Shown here piece after piece: positions 9,682-18,552 of a stretch of 64,000 bases of DNA (positions within the stretch are counted from its first letter, which is position 1; each line of letters opens with the position of its first letter). The stretch comes from Candidatus Multivoradales bacterium (lineage in GTDB: Bacteria; Acidobacteriota; Thermoanaerobaculia; Multivoradales; J023): the NCBI GenBank assembly GCA_965248925.1, contig CBDFLE010000006.1, forward strand, positions 1,056,001-1,120,000, in the 5' to 3' direction. The notes below the pieces were generated by a model. That model worked only from the letters and a program-made list of their open reading frames with translations. It searched no databases and was not told where the DNA came from. The position numbers and the translations under genes were made by a program.

Positions 9682-10354
9682 TCAACCTGGCACTGCGATT
9701 GCGAGTGGTGTAGCCCCAGCCCCACTGCACTAACACCAGCACCCGATTCTGAAACTCTGCCAAGTACATCAGATGCACGAACAGCCAGGCCAACCAGGCA
9801 AACAACCCGACAGCCGCCAGCGGCCAATCACGGCCACCGCCAACTGGCGGCCAATGGTGGCCATATTGCCTTTGTCGCGATAGCGAAACGGCTTACAGGT
9901 CCGGCCGGCCAGGCGCCGCCGGATGAGCCGCGCAACATAGCGCCCTTGCTGCATGGCCACCGGCGCCAAACTCGATCTCGCTACCCACCACCAGATCACC
10001 ACCCAGCGCCGACGCCCGAACGCCCGCGGCCCACAGCACGACACCGCAGGAAAGCTCCTCGCTCTCGCCGCGGCTGCGCATGCCGATCACCCCCGCGCCG
10101 ATCTCCTCTACCTGACAACCTACCCTAACTTCGACCCCCAACCCCTGTAGCCCCTGAACCGCGTGCTGGGCCAGCGTCTCAGAGAACCCCAAAAGGATAC
10201 GGTCTGCTCCTTCGAGCAGGATCACTCGGGCGGCGGCGGGGTCGATCTGGCGAAATTGGTCGCGCAGCGTGTGACGGGAAACCTCTGCCAAGGCACCCGC
10301 CAACTCGACTCCGGTGGGACCTGCGCCGACCACTACAAAGGTCAGTACTTTCAT
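9676..10354 (-). pseudogene. ndh: Type II NADH dehydrogenase remnant (N-terminus missing, internal deletion, frameshifts)
   Basis: Three frames give TFVVVGAGPTGVELAGALAE...WAAGVRAS, then [13 protein letters not shown]...[14 protein letters not shown], then [23 protein letters not shown]. Confidence 0.85.
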
Positions 10355-10466
10355 CGTCCTCGGAATCTCCGCGAGTCCTCTACCAGGGCCAGACCTGTCG
10401 GTCGTAACAGACCGTCGAACCTCCTTGGACGTGCTATATTCAAAGGGTGAAGGGCACCTTTAGACC

Positions 10467-12158
10467 ATGACTCAGACAACCGCACCTTCCCAGGAAGCCG
10501 GCTTGTTGGAACTCGCTCAAGAGCTTCTTCAACTGGAAGATTTGGATCAGATGCTCGACGCGGTGATGCGCCATTCGCTGCGCCTGCTCGAGGCTGACCG
10601 CGGCTTCGTGGTGCTCAAGCGGAGCGAGGGATACGACTTCAAAGTGATCCGCAATTGGCGTCGCGAAGAACTCGAGGGCGGCGGGGAACCGGTCAGCCGC
10701 TCGATCGTCGCGCGGGTGCTCGCCGGCGGCAAGCCAGTGGTCATCGAAGATGCCCTCTCCGACGAGCGCTTCGCCAAAGAAGAAAGCGTGCTGCGCATGG
10801 GCATTCGCTCGGTACTGGCCGCGCCGCTCGAAGACGAAGGCCGCGCTCGCGGGGTGATTTACCTCGAATCGAGCACCCTGAGCCGCTTGTTTGGCTCTCG
10901 CCACCTCAGTTTGTTCCAGCGCATCCTGGAAATCTCGCAGCGGGCGCTGGAGCGTTCTATCCGGCAGCTCGCCTTGCAGCAGCGCCTCAGCCTGCTAGAG
11001 AAGGACTTTCTAGCGCGGCACGAATTCCCCGGCATCATCACCGCCGACGAGGGATTCATAGAACTGCTCAAGCAGGTGGCGCAAGTCGCCAAGTCTGATC
11101 TGCCGATCCTGGTCGAAGGTGATTCCGGCACCGGCAAGGAGCTAATCATCCGCGCCCTGCACCTGAACAGTCCACGCGCCCAAGGGGCTTACGTGCCGGT
11201 GAATTGCGCGGCAATCGCTCCTGAGCTGATCGAGTCGGCCCTTTTCGGCCACCTGAAGGGCTCTTTCACCAGCGCCGACCGCGCCAACCCGGGCCTGATC
11301 GCCTCGGCCGACGGCGGCACTGTATTTCTCGACGAAGTCGGTGAGCTACCGCAAGCGGCGCAGGCCAAGCTGCTACGAACCCTACAATTCGGTGAGATTC
11401 AGCCGGTGGGCGCGGTGCGTCCGCTCACCGTCGACGTGCGTTTCCTGGCGGCCACCAACCGAGATCTGGAAGCCGAGGTCGCGGCCGGTAACTTTCGCGA
11501 GGACCTGCTCTACCGGCTGAACGTGGTCACTCTCCAGCTACCACCGCTGCGCGATCGGCCGAACGATATTCTGCCGCTCTTTTACCACTTCTTGAAACGC
11601 ACTTCGCAGCGTGCCGGTAGAACTGCTCCCGAGGTGTCGCCGCGCCTCGAACGGGTGTTGCAGCAGCATGCTTGGCCCGGCAATGTGCGGGAACTGGAGA
11701 ACGAAGTCAGCAGGCTAGTGGCGGTGACTCCTGAAGGCGAGCCGTTGTTGGTCGATCGGCTGTCACCGCGGCTGCTCAAGGCTCTCTTCGGTGATCAGCC
11801 GATCCCCACCGAAACAGCGCCGGAACCAGCCCGGCAAAGCACCGACCCTGAGCTTGAGGACCGGGCACCGACCAGCCTCGCCGAGCACGAGAAAGAACTG
11901 ATCGAGCACACGTTGCGCGCCGAGGGTTACAACAAGACCCGCGCCGCCAAGCGCCTCGGTATCAGCCGTGAGGGCCTGCGCAAGAAGATGAAGCGGCTCG
12001 GCATGGAGCCCGAAGTCGAGACCATTTCAGCCGCTCTCAAGCAACACCGAGGCGATGCTCGCCTGGCTGCCGCGGAACTAGGAATGAGCTTGGATCGCCT
12101 GCTCTGGCTGATCGAACGCCTTGGCTTGGATCCTGCCGCGACACCTCCCAGCAGCTAG
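10467..12158 (+). CDS. Sigma-54-dependent transcriptional activator (GAF + AAA+ + two Fis-type HTH)
   Basis: GAF region; GDSGTGKE, VNCAAI, ESALFGH.KGSFTSA, FLDEVGE, FREDLLYRL, WPGNVRELEN; two C-terminal HTH-like segments. Confidence 0.95.
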   Translation: MTQTTAPSQEAGLLELAQELLQLEDLDQMLDAVMRHSLRLLEADRGFVVLKRSEGYDFKVIRNWRREELEGGGEPVSRSIVARVLAGGKPVVIEDALSDERFAKEESVLRMGIRSVLAAPLEDEGRARGVIYLESSTLSRLFGSRHLSLFQRILEISQRALERSIRQLALQQRLSLLEKDFLARHEFPGIITADEGFIELLKQVAQVAKSDLPILVEGDSGTGKELIIRALHLNSPRAQGAYVPVNCAAIAPELIESALFGHLKGSFTSADRANPGLIASADGGTVFLDEVGELPQAAQAKLLRTLQFGEIQPVGAVRPLTVDVRFLAATNRDLEAEVAAGNFREDLLYRLNVVTLQLPPLRDRPNDILPLFYHFLKRTSQRAGRTAPEVSPRLERVLQQHAWPGNVRELENEVSRLVAVTPEGEPLLVDRLSPRLLKALFGDQPIPTETAPEPARQSTDPELEDRAPTSLAEHEKELIEHTLRAEGYNKTRAAKRLGISREGLRKKMKRLGMEPEVETISAALKQHRGDARLAAAELGMSLDRLLWLIERLGLDPAATPPSS

Positions 12159-12165
12159 CAAAGAC

Positions 12166-14814
12166 ATGTCCCAACCGATCGGCAACCTGGCCCACTACCG
12201 AATTCTGCAAGAAGTCGGTCAGGGCGGAATGGGCGTGGTCTACAAAGCCCACGACACTAGCCTGGACCGGCTGGTGGCGATCAAGGTGATGCCGGCGGCG
12301 GTGAGTTCTGACCCCGAACTACGCAGTCGCTTCTTGGCCGAAGCGCGGCACGCGGCGCGGATCAGCCATCCCAACATCGCCACGGTCCACCAAGTCGACG
12401 AGGCCGAACTCTCTCTCGACACCGAGCACCGGTCACGAACCGTGCTCTACATCGCAATGGAGTTCATCGACGGGGCCGACTTGGAAGAGAAAATGTTGAG
12501 CGGCGCCATGACCCTCGACGAAACTCTGGACATCGCCATCCAGATCAGCGCCGGTCTCGAGGCCGCGCACGCGCAGAAGGTGGTTCACCGCGACCTCAAG
12601 CCGCACAACATCTTGCTGGCCGAGGACGGCCGGGTGAAGATCGTCGACTTCGGTCTCGCCAAAAGCTTCCGTGATGACGGCGGTATCAGCCCCGGTGAGC
12701 CGACCCAGATCCGCCCCCAGCTCACCCGCACCGGTATGATGGTCGGCACGCCGGGCTACATGGCGCCAGAGCAGGCCGAGGGTACCGAGGTCGACTCGCG
12801 CACCGACCTTTTCTCCCTCGGCATCCTGCTCTACCGGATGACCAGCGGCAAGTTGCCGTTCTCGAACACCAACTATGTGAAGTTCTTGCGCGCCTTGCTC
12901 TCTGAGGAGCCCGAACCGCTAGCCAACTCCAACCCGGCGATCCCCGGCGAGCTGCAGCTGATCGTCGAGCGGCTGTTGCAAAAAGACCCCGAACAGAGAT
13001 TCCAATCGGCACATGAAGTCCGTCTGGCACTGCGCCGCCTGGCCGGCGGCTCCACCGATGAGCTAACCGTCGGCTTGCCCACGCCACCCATCACCAGTTC
13101 GGCAACCAGGGTCCGCTCGCCCGGCGGCAGGAAATGGCAGGCGTTCGGCCTGACGGCATTGGCGCTTCTGTTGGTGGTTGCTGCTGGGCTGTGGCGGTGG
13201 AGCATCTCAGCAAACCGCTCTAGCGCAGCCCCTTTGACTATTGCCGTCCGCTTTTTGGGAAATGTTAATGATGCTGAGATTGTTTCCCACTGCCGTCAGC
13301 TAAGCGAGCAGCTGCGGCGACGACTCGGTCAAACCCCAGGAATCGTTACGACCACCTCGGAAGTTGTTAGCAAGAATGCGGTGGATCAAGAAAATCTCGA
13401 GTACGTGACACTCGAATTCTCTTGTAGCAGCAAAACAGCGCCCACAGAAATCGGTCTTCGGATGGTCGACCCCAGCAGTCAATTGACATTATGGGACCGC
13501 TCGTTCTTGTTCAAAGGAATCCCTGAAGATTGGCAGCTGTTCAGCTCAGAACTCGCTTTCCAAGCAGCTCGCGCGGCAAAGACCCTCGCTATGGCACGCA
13601 CGATCGACAGTGCAGGAAGTTCGCCGCAACGGCTGGCTGACTTCCTCAGTAGTTTCGACGAAGCAGTGCGACAACTTGAAAACCACAATCAGCCGAGCAC
13701 CCTGCCGCGAGCTATCGCTCAGTTCGAGGAGCTGGCGAGTTACGGACAAGGTTTTGGGCCTGCAATCACCGGACTACACGAGGCCCTCTATCGGCGTCAT
13801 CGGGGAACGCCCCAACCGGCGGTCGATGCGAGACTCTCGGAAATTGCAAATCGGGCAATACGAGTGGCTCCCGAGCTGCCCGGAAGCAAGATAGCGCAGG
13901 CCAGAGTCGCTTTCATCAATGGCGCCAAGAAGGAAGCGTACTCGGTTCTCGAGAATCTGATCGAGAGCGACTCGGATGCCGCTTCTGCCAGCTACGAACT
14001 CGGGATATTTCTCAAGAAAGACGGCCACTACGAGCGCGCGAAACTTAGCTACAGCAGAGCGATCAGGCTACGTCCAGGTTTCTGGCGCTACCGCTATCAG
14101 CTCGGCGCCGTGCTACTCGCTGAACACGATCTCGCGGCAGCCAGACATATCCTCCGGCAAGCTGCTCGCCTAGCACCGCCGGAGGTCAATAGACCAGCGA
14201 TTTCTCTAGCCGTCAACGAGATCGTCGTTGGCAATTTCGCCGAAGCACTCTCGGCCATCAACCTGCTACCGCCACCCATCGTGTCGGTCTATCACGCGAA
14301 CACCAAGGCAACCGCCCTGTTCTATCTCCGGCAATTCGCAGATGCCGAGCCGCTTTTTCGTTTGGCTGCAGACATTGAGCCCGAAGACCCTAGCCACCGC
14401 GCGGCACTAGGCGACAGTCTTCTCATGTTGGGCAGAACCGAGGAAGCGCATCAGGCATACGAGGTAGCTCTCAAAAATGTAGAGCACCGGCTGGCTATCA
14501 ACGAGAACGACCTCCGCTCTCTCGTCTGGAAACCAGCCTACCTGGCCAAGCTGGGCAGATGCAACGAAGCACTGTCTCTCCAACGGGACCTACCAACATC
14601 GCGACCTGCAGATGCTCATCTGCTGAACACCATGGCAAAGACATACGCTCTTTGCCAACAGATCGCTCCCGCTACTAGACTACTGCGGCAAGTCTTAGAG
14701 AAGGGCATCTCGATAGAATTGCTGCGCAACGAAATTGAATTCCGCGAGTACTTCGACGACCCTCTTTTCGAGAAATCCCTCGGTCGCGTTACTGATCGAA
14801 GAACCCAGCCTTAG
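12166..14814 (+). CDS. Membrane-anchored Hanks-type Ser/Thr protein kinase with C-terminal TPR region
   Basis: GQGGMGVVY, VAIK, HRDLKPHN, DFG, GTPGYMAPE; TM segment FGLTALALLLVVAAGLW; TPR-like repeats. Confidence 0.95.
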   Translation: MSQPIGNLAHYRILQEVGQGGMGVVYKAHDTSLDRLVAIKVMPAAVSSDPELRSRFLAEARHAARISHPNIATVHQVDEAELSLDTEHRSRTVLYIAMEFIDGADLEEKMLSGAMTLDETLDIAIQISAGLEAAHAQKVVHRDLKPHNILLAEDGRVKIVDFGLAKSFRDDGGISPGEPTQIRPQLTRTGMMVGTPGYMAPEQAEGTEVDSRTDLFSLGILLYRMTSGKLPFSNTNYVKFLRALLSEEPEPLANSNPAIPGELQLIVERLLQKDPEQRFQSAHEVRLALRRLAGGSTDELTVGLPTPPITSSATRVRSPGGRKWQAFGLTALALLLVVAAGLWRWSISANRSSAAPLTIAVRFLGNVNDAEIVSHCRQLSEQLRRRLGQTPGIVTTTSEVVSKNAVDQENLEYVTLEFSCSSKTAPTEIGLRMVDPSSQLTLWDRSFLFKGIPEDWQLFSSELAFQAARAAKTLAMARTIDSAGSSPQRLADFLSSFDEAVRQLENHNQPSTLPRAIAQFEELASYGQGFGPAITGLHEALYRRHRGTPQPAVDARLSEIANRAIRVAPELPGSKIAQARVAFINGAKKEAYSVLENLIESDSDAASASYELGIFLKKDGHYERAKLSYSRAIRLRPGFWRYRYQLGAVLLAEHDLAAARHILRQAARLAPPEVNRPAISLAVNEIVVGNFAEALSAINLLPPPIVSVYHANTKATALFYLRQFADAEPLFRLAADIEPEDPSHRAALGDSLLMLGRTEEAHQAYEVALKNVEHRLAINENDLRSLVWKPAYLAKLGRCNEALSLQRDLPTSRPADAHLLNTMAKTYALCQQIAPATRLLRQVLEKGISIELLRNEIEFREYFDDPLFEKSLGRVTDRRTQP

Positions 14815-15620
14815 CCATCTTCTTCGATCCAGATTTCCGGATCCTTGCGGATAATCACCTTACCATCCCTGATCACCTCGACATCGTAGAACCACTCCAA
14901 CCGCCGCGGTAGACTTCCGGGCTCGCCAGCAAAGTCAGGCTCCTGAGGTAGGCCACCGTAAACACTGTTGAAGGGTGCTTTGATGACAAACTTCTCACCA
15001 TCAACTCCCTTGAACAACATCTCTTTCTTAGAGATCGACGGGCGCCGGGCGTAGCGCGAAGAGCTGTAGCTGGCGCCGTTGGAGAAGCGCTCTTTCATCG
15101 CCGCCCTTTTCTCTTTGGTTTTGTCGGCCGGAGTCGGCCGAATCACTACCGCGTCGAGCAGCTCCTGCGGACACGCTCTGGTCACGCAATCGACGTTGGG
15201 ATCACTCTCGCAGCTAGCATTCGGACTGCCGTCTTGAGCGCTGTAGCACCTCACCACCCACTGCACCTGACGGGCCAGGCCGGGCCGGTAGGAGGGGTTA
15301 TCTGGCGGAGTATTGAGGAAACGGATTTCGTACTCCGGGTTGTAGAATAGCTTGGCATGCACCGGCGTCACATAGATGCACTCGGTATTGCACTCCTCAC
15401 CCTCTCTACACCCCCCCTTCGCACAACGAGGCGCGATGCGAATCTCCACCACGCGAGTCTCGGTATAAGAAGGAACTCCAGCCGCGATCGGCTCACAGTC
15501 GGAACAATCCTCGCGGCCACCTCCCGCCATCCGTGGAGTATCGGCTTTCACATAATGAGTGCAACCACTTGAGACGATTACACACCCGGCGATCAACAAC
15601 AAGAACGGTATCTTTCGCAC
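14811..15620 (-). CDS. Cys-rich putative lipoprotein of unknown function
   Basis: GTG start after GGAGG; lipobox-like VSSG-C; about 12 Cys; stop overlaps the kinase stop. Confidence 0.7.
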   Translation of the reverse strand: MRKIPFLLLIAGCVIVSSGCTHYVKADTPRMAGGGREDCSDCEPIAAGVPSYTETRVVEIRIAPRCAKGGCREGEECNTECIYVTPVHAKLFYNPEYEIRFLNTPPDNPSYRPGLARQVQWVVRCYSAQDGSPNASCESDPNVDCVTRACPQELLDAVVIRPTPADKTKEKRAAMKERFSNGASYSSSRYARRPSISKKEMLFKGVDGEKFVIKAPFNSVYGGLPQEPDFAGEPGSLPRRLEWFYDVEVIRDGKVIIRKDPEIWIEEDG

Positions 15621-15808
15621 CTCTAGGTACCTCCATCGGGCGATCTTGGCTCAGCCATCTCGCCGCGTTCCACTCCAGCTCCACTACCCGACCCCAGCTC
15701 TCTGTGGTCGGGCCACCGAGCCGATCCCCATCGACTATCGGTGACACGTAGTCAAAGCAGGAATACTTTCGCTCCAAATCCTACTTGCAGACTGGTTCTA
15801 CACGTATG

Positions 15809-15824
15809 TGCAAGACGAGTGCCA
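15809..15824 (-). promoter_or_regulatory. Sigma-54 (-24/-12) promoter
   Basis: Minus strand reads TGGCACTCGTCTTGCA, matching TGGCAC-N5-TTGCW, about 190 bp upstream of the lipoprotein gene. Confidence 0.82.
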
Positions 15825-15864
15825 ATGGTAACACCCGCTGGAGGGAGGTAGAGGGCATTAAATC

Positions 15865-15920
15865 GCCTACACGGTTGGCAGCCCCGCCAACCGTCGGCGC
15901 CACGCGGCAACTTTCTGGGC
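15865..15920. promoter_or_regulatory. Candidate enhancer array for the sigma-54 activator
   Basis: Three GCCAAC-N3-GTTGGC-like sites at 15865, 15886 and 15906 (20-21 bp period); includes the perfect IR ACGGTTGGC-N6-GCCAACCGT (15871-15894). Could instead be a pyrF terminator hairpin. Confidence 0.45.
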
Positions 15921-15981
15921 GACCGTAGGGTCAGTCCCCTCCCTGCGCCGCTGAATTCTGTGCCAGTGAATCGGCGAATTC

Positions 15982-16917
15982 TCAGCTACTGACCGCCTTG
16001 GCAAGCTCGTCCGTGGCCTGGTCGATCACCCCATCTATCGCCCGATCCCAGGCCTTGGCGTCGGCCGCTGCCGCCGCGGCCGGAAAAAGGATGCCCCGCG
16101 ACGAGTTCACCACACCGCCTTCTAGCTTCCCCCCGGGGCCGGCAACGAATCCACCCACCGCCGCCGCCGCGCTGCCCCCTTGAGCACCGTAGCCCGGCAC
16201 CAGGAAGAGGCTGTTGGGCAAGCGCTGACGGAGGTCTTGGTGCTCTTGCGGGTAGGTGGCGCCAACCACTACCCCGAGGGACGACCAGCCGGTCTCGGGG
16301 CCACGTAGCGCGGCAACCTCAGCCGCCAACGCGGTCGCTAGGTGCTGGTGCAGCAGCTCGCCGCTGTCGAGCCGCAGTCCTTGCAAATCAGCCGAACCCG
16401 GATTGGAGGTCTTCACCAACACGAAAACCCCACCCCTCGAACGCCTCGCCGCGTCGAGGAACGGTCGCAGGGTATCCCGACCAAGGTATGGATTGAGGGT
16501 CATCGCATCGACGGCGCAAGGCGCGCCAGGCGCCAAATAGGCAGCGGCGTAGGCAGCAGCGGTCGAACCGATATCGCCACGCTTGGCATCGAGCAACACC
16601 AGCAAACCCAGCTGACGGGCTTTCCTAACTACCCGCTCCAGCACTCGCAAACCGCGCCAACCCAACTGCTCGAAGAAGGCAATTTGTGGTTTGACCACCG
16701 CCACCCTGCCGGCAATACGGTCGAGAATAGCGATAAGGAAGCCCTCCACCGCCAGCGCGGTTCGCGGATCGGCGGGGAGCATCTCGCCACGGCGAAAAAG
16801 CAGCGGAATTCGCTCCAGATGCGGGTCGAGGCCCACACACAGAGGTTGACCAAGGCGCCGCACCGCCAAGATCAAGCGATCGGAAAAACACCCGAGGGAC
16901 TCGTTCTCGGCCCTCAC
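15982..16917 (-). CDS. pyrF: Orotidine-5'-phosphate decarboxylase
   Basis: LCVGLDP, VKPQIAFFE, DAKRGDIGST, TSNPGS, VVGAT, LVPGYGAQGG, NSSRGI; GTG start overlaps the rfbF stop. Confidence 0.95.
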   Translation of the reverse strand: MRAENESLGCFSDRLILAVRRLGQPLCVGLDPHLERIPLLFRRGEMLPADPRTALAVEGFLIAILDRIAGRVAVVKPQIAFFEQLGWRGLRVLERVVRKARQLGLLVLLDAKRGDIGSTAAAYAAAYLAPGAPCAVDAMTLNPYLGRDTLRPFLDAARRSRGGVFVLVKTSNPGSADLQGLRLDSGELLHQHLATALAAEVAALRGPETGWSSLGVVVGATYPQEHQDLRQRLPNSLFLVPGYGAQGGSAAAAVGGFVAGPGGKLEGGVVNSSRGILFPAAAAAADAKAWDRAIDGVIDQATDELAKAVSS

Positions 16918-17684
16918 CACAGCTTCCAAGGCGCCTTGCCTGCTTGCCACAGCCCTTGCAGCAGCTCTTTCTCCCTCAGGGTATCCATCGACTGCCAGAA
17001 ACCATGATGAAAATAGGCCGAAACCTCGCCAGCGGCCACCAACTGCTGCATCGGCGCGTGCTCCCAATGGGTCGGGTCACCCTCGATGTAGTCGATTACT
17101 TTAGGCGAAAGGACGAAGAAGCCGCCGTTGATCCAGCCCCCTTCGCGCTCCTGCGGCTTCTCTTGAAAGCCGGTCAGGCGGTCGCCGTCGAAGCTCAGCA
17201 CGCCATACTTGGAGGGCGGCTGGATGGTGGTGATGGTGGCCAAGCGACCCTGCTGACGATGAAAGCGCACCAGACTGTCGATATCTACATCGGCCACGCC
17301 GTCGCCATAGGTGAAGCAGAAATCTTCGTCGCCGAGGTAGTCGCGGACCCGCCGCAAACGGCCGCCGGTGCCGACCTCGTCGCCAGTGTCGACCAGGGTC
17401 ACCCGCCAGGGCTCGGCCGCCGCTTGATGCACCTGCATATCGTTGGTCGACATGTCGAAACTGACATCGGAATTGTGCAAGAAGTAGTTGGCGAAATACT
17501 CCTTAATCATGTAGCCCTTGTAACCACAGCAGATGACAAACTCACGCATGCCGAAGCTCGAGTAGATCTTCATGATGTGCCACAGAATCGGCTTGCTGCC
17601 GATCTTGACCATCGGCTTGGGGCGCAACGAGGTTTCTTCAGCCAACCGCGTACCGCGGCCGCCAGCGAGAATCACCACTTTCAT
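16914..17684 (-). CDS. rfbF: Glucose-1-phosphate cytidylyltransferase
   Basis: MKVVILAGGRGTRLAEET..RPKPMV, YFANY, TYGDGV, WINGGFF, FWQSMDTLRE, APWKLW. Confidence 0.95.
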   Translation of the reverse strand: MKVVILAGGRGTRLAEETSLRPKPMVKIGSKPILWHIMKIYSSFGMREFVICCGYKGYMIKEYFANYFLHNSDVSFDMSTNDMQVHQAAAEPWRVTLVDTGDEVGTGGRLRRVRDYLGDEDFCFTYGDGVADVDIDSLVRFHRQQGRLATITTIQPPSKYGVLSFDGDRLTGFQEKPQEREGGWINGGFFVLSPKVIDYIEGDPTHWEHAPMQQLVAAGEVSAYFHHGFWQSMDTLREKELLQGLWQAGKAPWKLW

Positions 17685-17866
17685 GACTTCACTCCGATTC
17701 GCTCTGCTGAGCTGCGCAATTTCAAGTCTCCCTCAAGCCGGTACCGGGCTGGGCCGATTCCAGGTCCGGGCCGACGCCCGGCGGCCTAGACTAACCCAAG
17801 CTCCCCATCTGAGCACCCGGCAGCTGGTGGCGCAGCCTGATAGCCTGCCGCCGACCGAGGAATCCC

Positions 17867-18406
17867 ATGTTCGAGAATCTACGCGCCGACAGCAAACGCC
17901 TGCGAGCGATCAAACGTAAGTCCTTTCCGTGGTACGTGCTGGAGTCTCTGCTGTTCGAGAACGGCTATCAGGCGGTGGTGCTCTACCGCATTGCCCATGG
18001 CTTCAAGAGTCGCGGCATTCCGCTGTTGGGGCCGTTGTTCGCGCGCCTGTCGCTGTTTCTCACCGGCGTCGACATCGCCCCTGGGGCAGCGATCGGACCG
18101 GGACTGATGATCAGTCACGGGGTTGGCCTGGTGATCGGTGATCGAGTGCGGATCGGCAGCAACGCGCTGCTGCTGCACCAGGTTACTCTGGGCGCGTCGA
18201 GTAGCCGGCGACTCGACGCGATGCCGACGGTGGGTGACGATGTTTTCATCGGTGCCGGTGCTCGGCTGATCGGCGGAATCACCGTCGGCGATGGGGTGTT
18301 CGTCGGTGTCAACACCATAGTGACCGGCGATGTGCCATCACACTCGAAGGTGATCTCGACGGCTGAGACCCGCATCGAGCAAAGGTCGCCGGCGGCGGCG
18401 CCTTAG
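17867..18406 (+). CDS. Serine O-acetyltransferase-like hexapeptide-repeat acetyltransferase
   Basis: LTGVDIAPGAAIGPGLMISHGVGLVIG, QVTLG, PTVGDDVFIGAGA. Confidence 0.85.
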   Translation: MFENLRADSKRLRAIKRKSFPWYVLESLLFENGYQAVVLYRIAHGFKSRGIPLLGPLFARLSLFLTGVDIAPGAAIGPGLMISHGVGLVIGDRVRIGSNALLLHQVTLGASSSRRLDAMPTVGDDVFIGAGARLIGGITVGDGVFVGVNTIVTGDVPSHSKVISTAETRIEQRSPAAAP

Positions 18407-18552
18407 ACCTTCACCAGCTCAGCCGAGCGGTGCTTTTGACTGGCGCCGAGGGCAGCCATAGAATCCTTTCGCTTCCTGAACCGTATACTAGGGTCTATCC
18501 CAGCTCAACCAGAGCCTTTTCTGCTAACCCAATCGTCATCGAGGTCCAAAAG

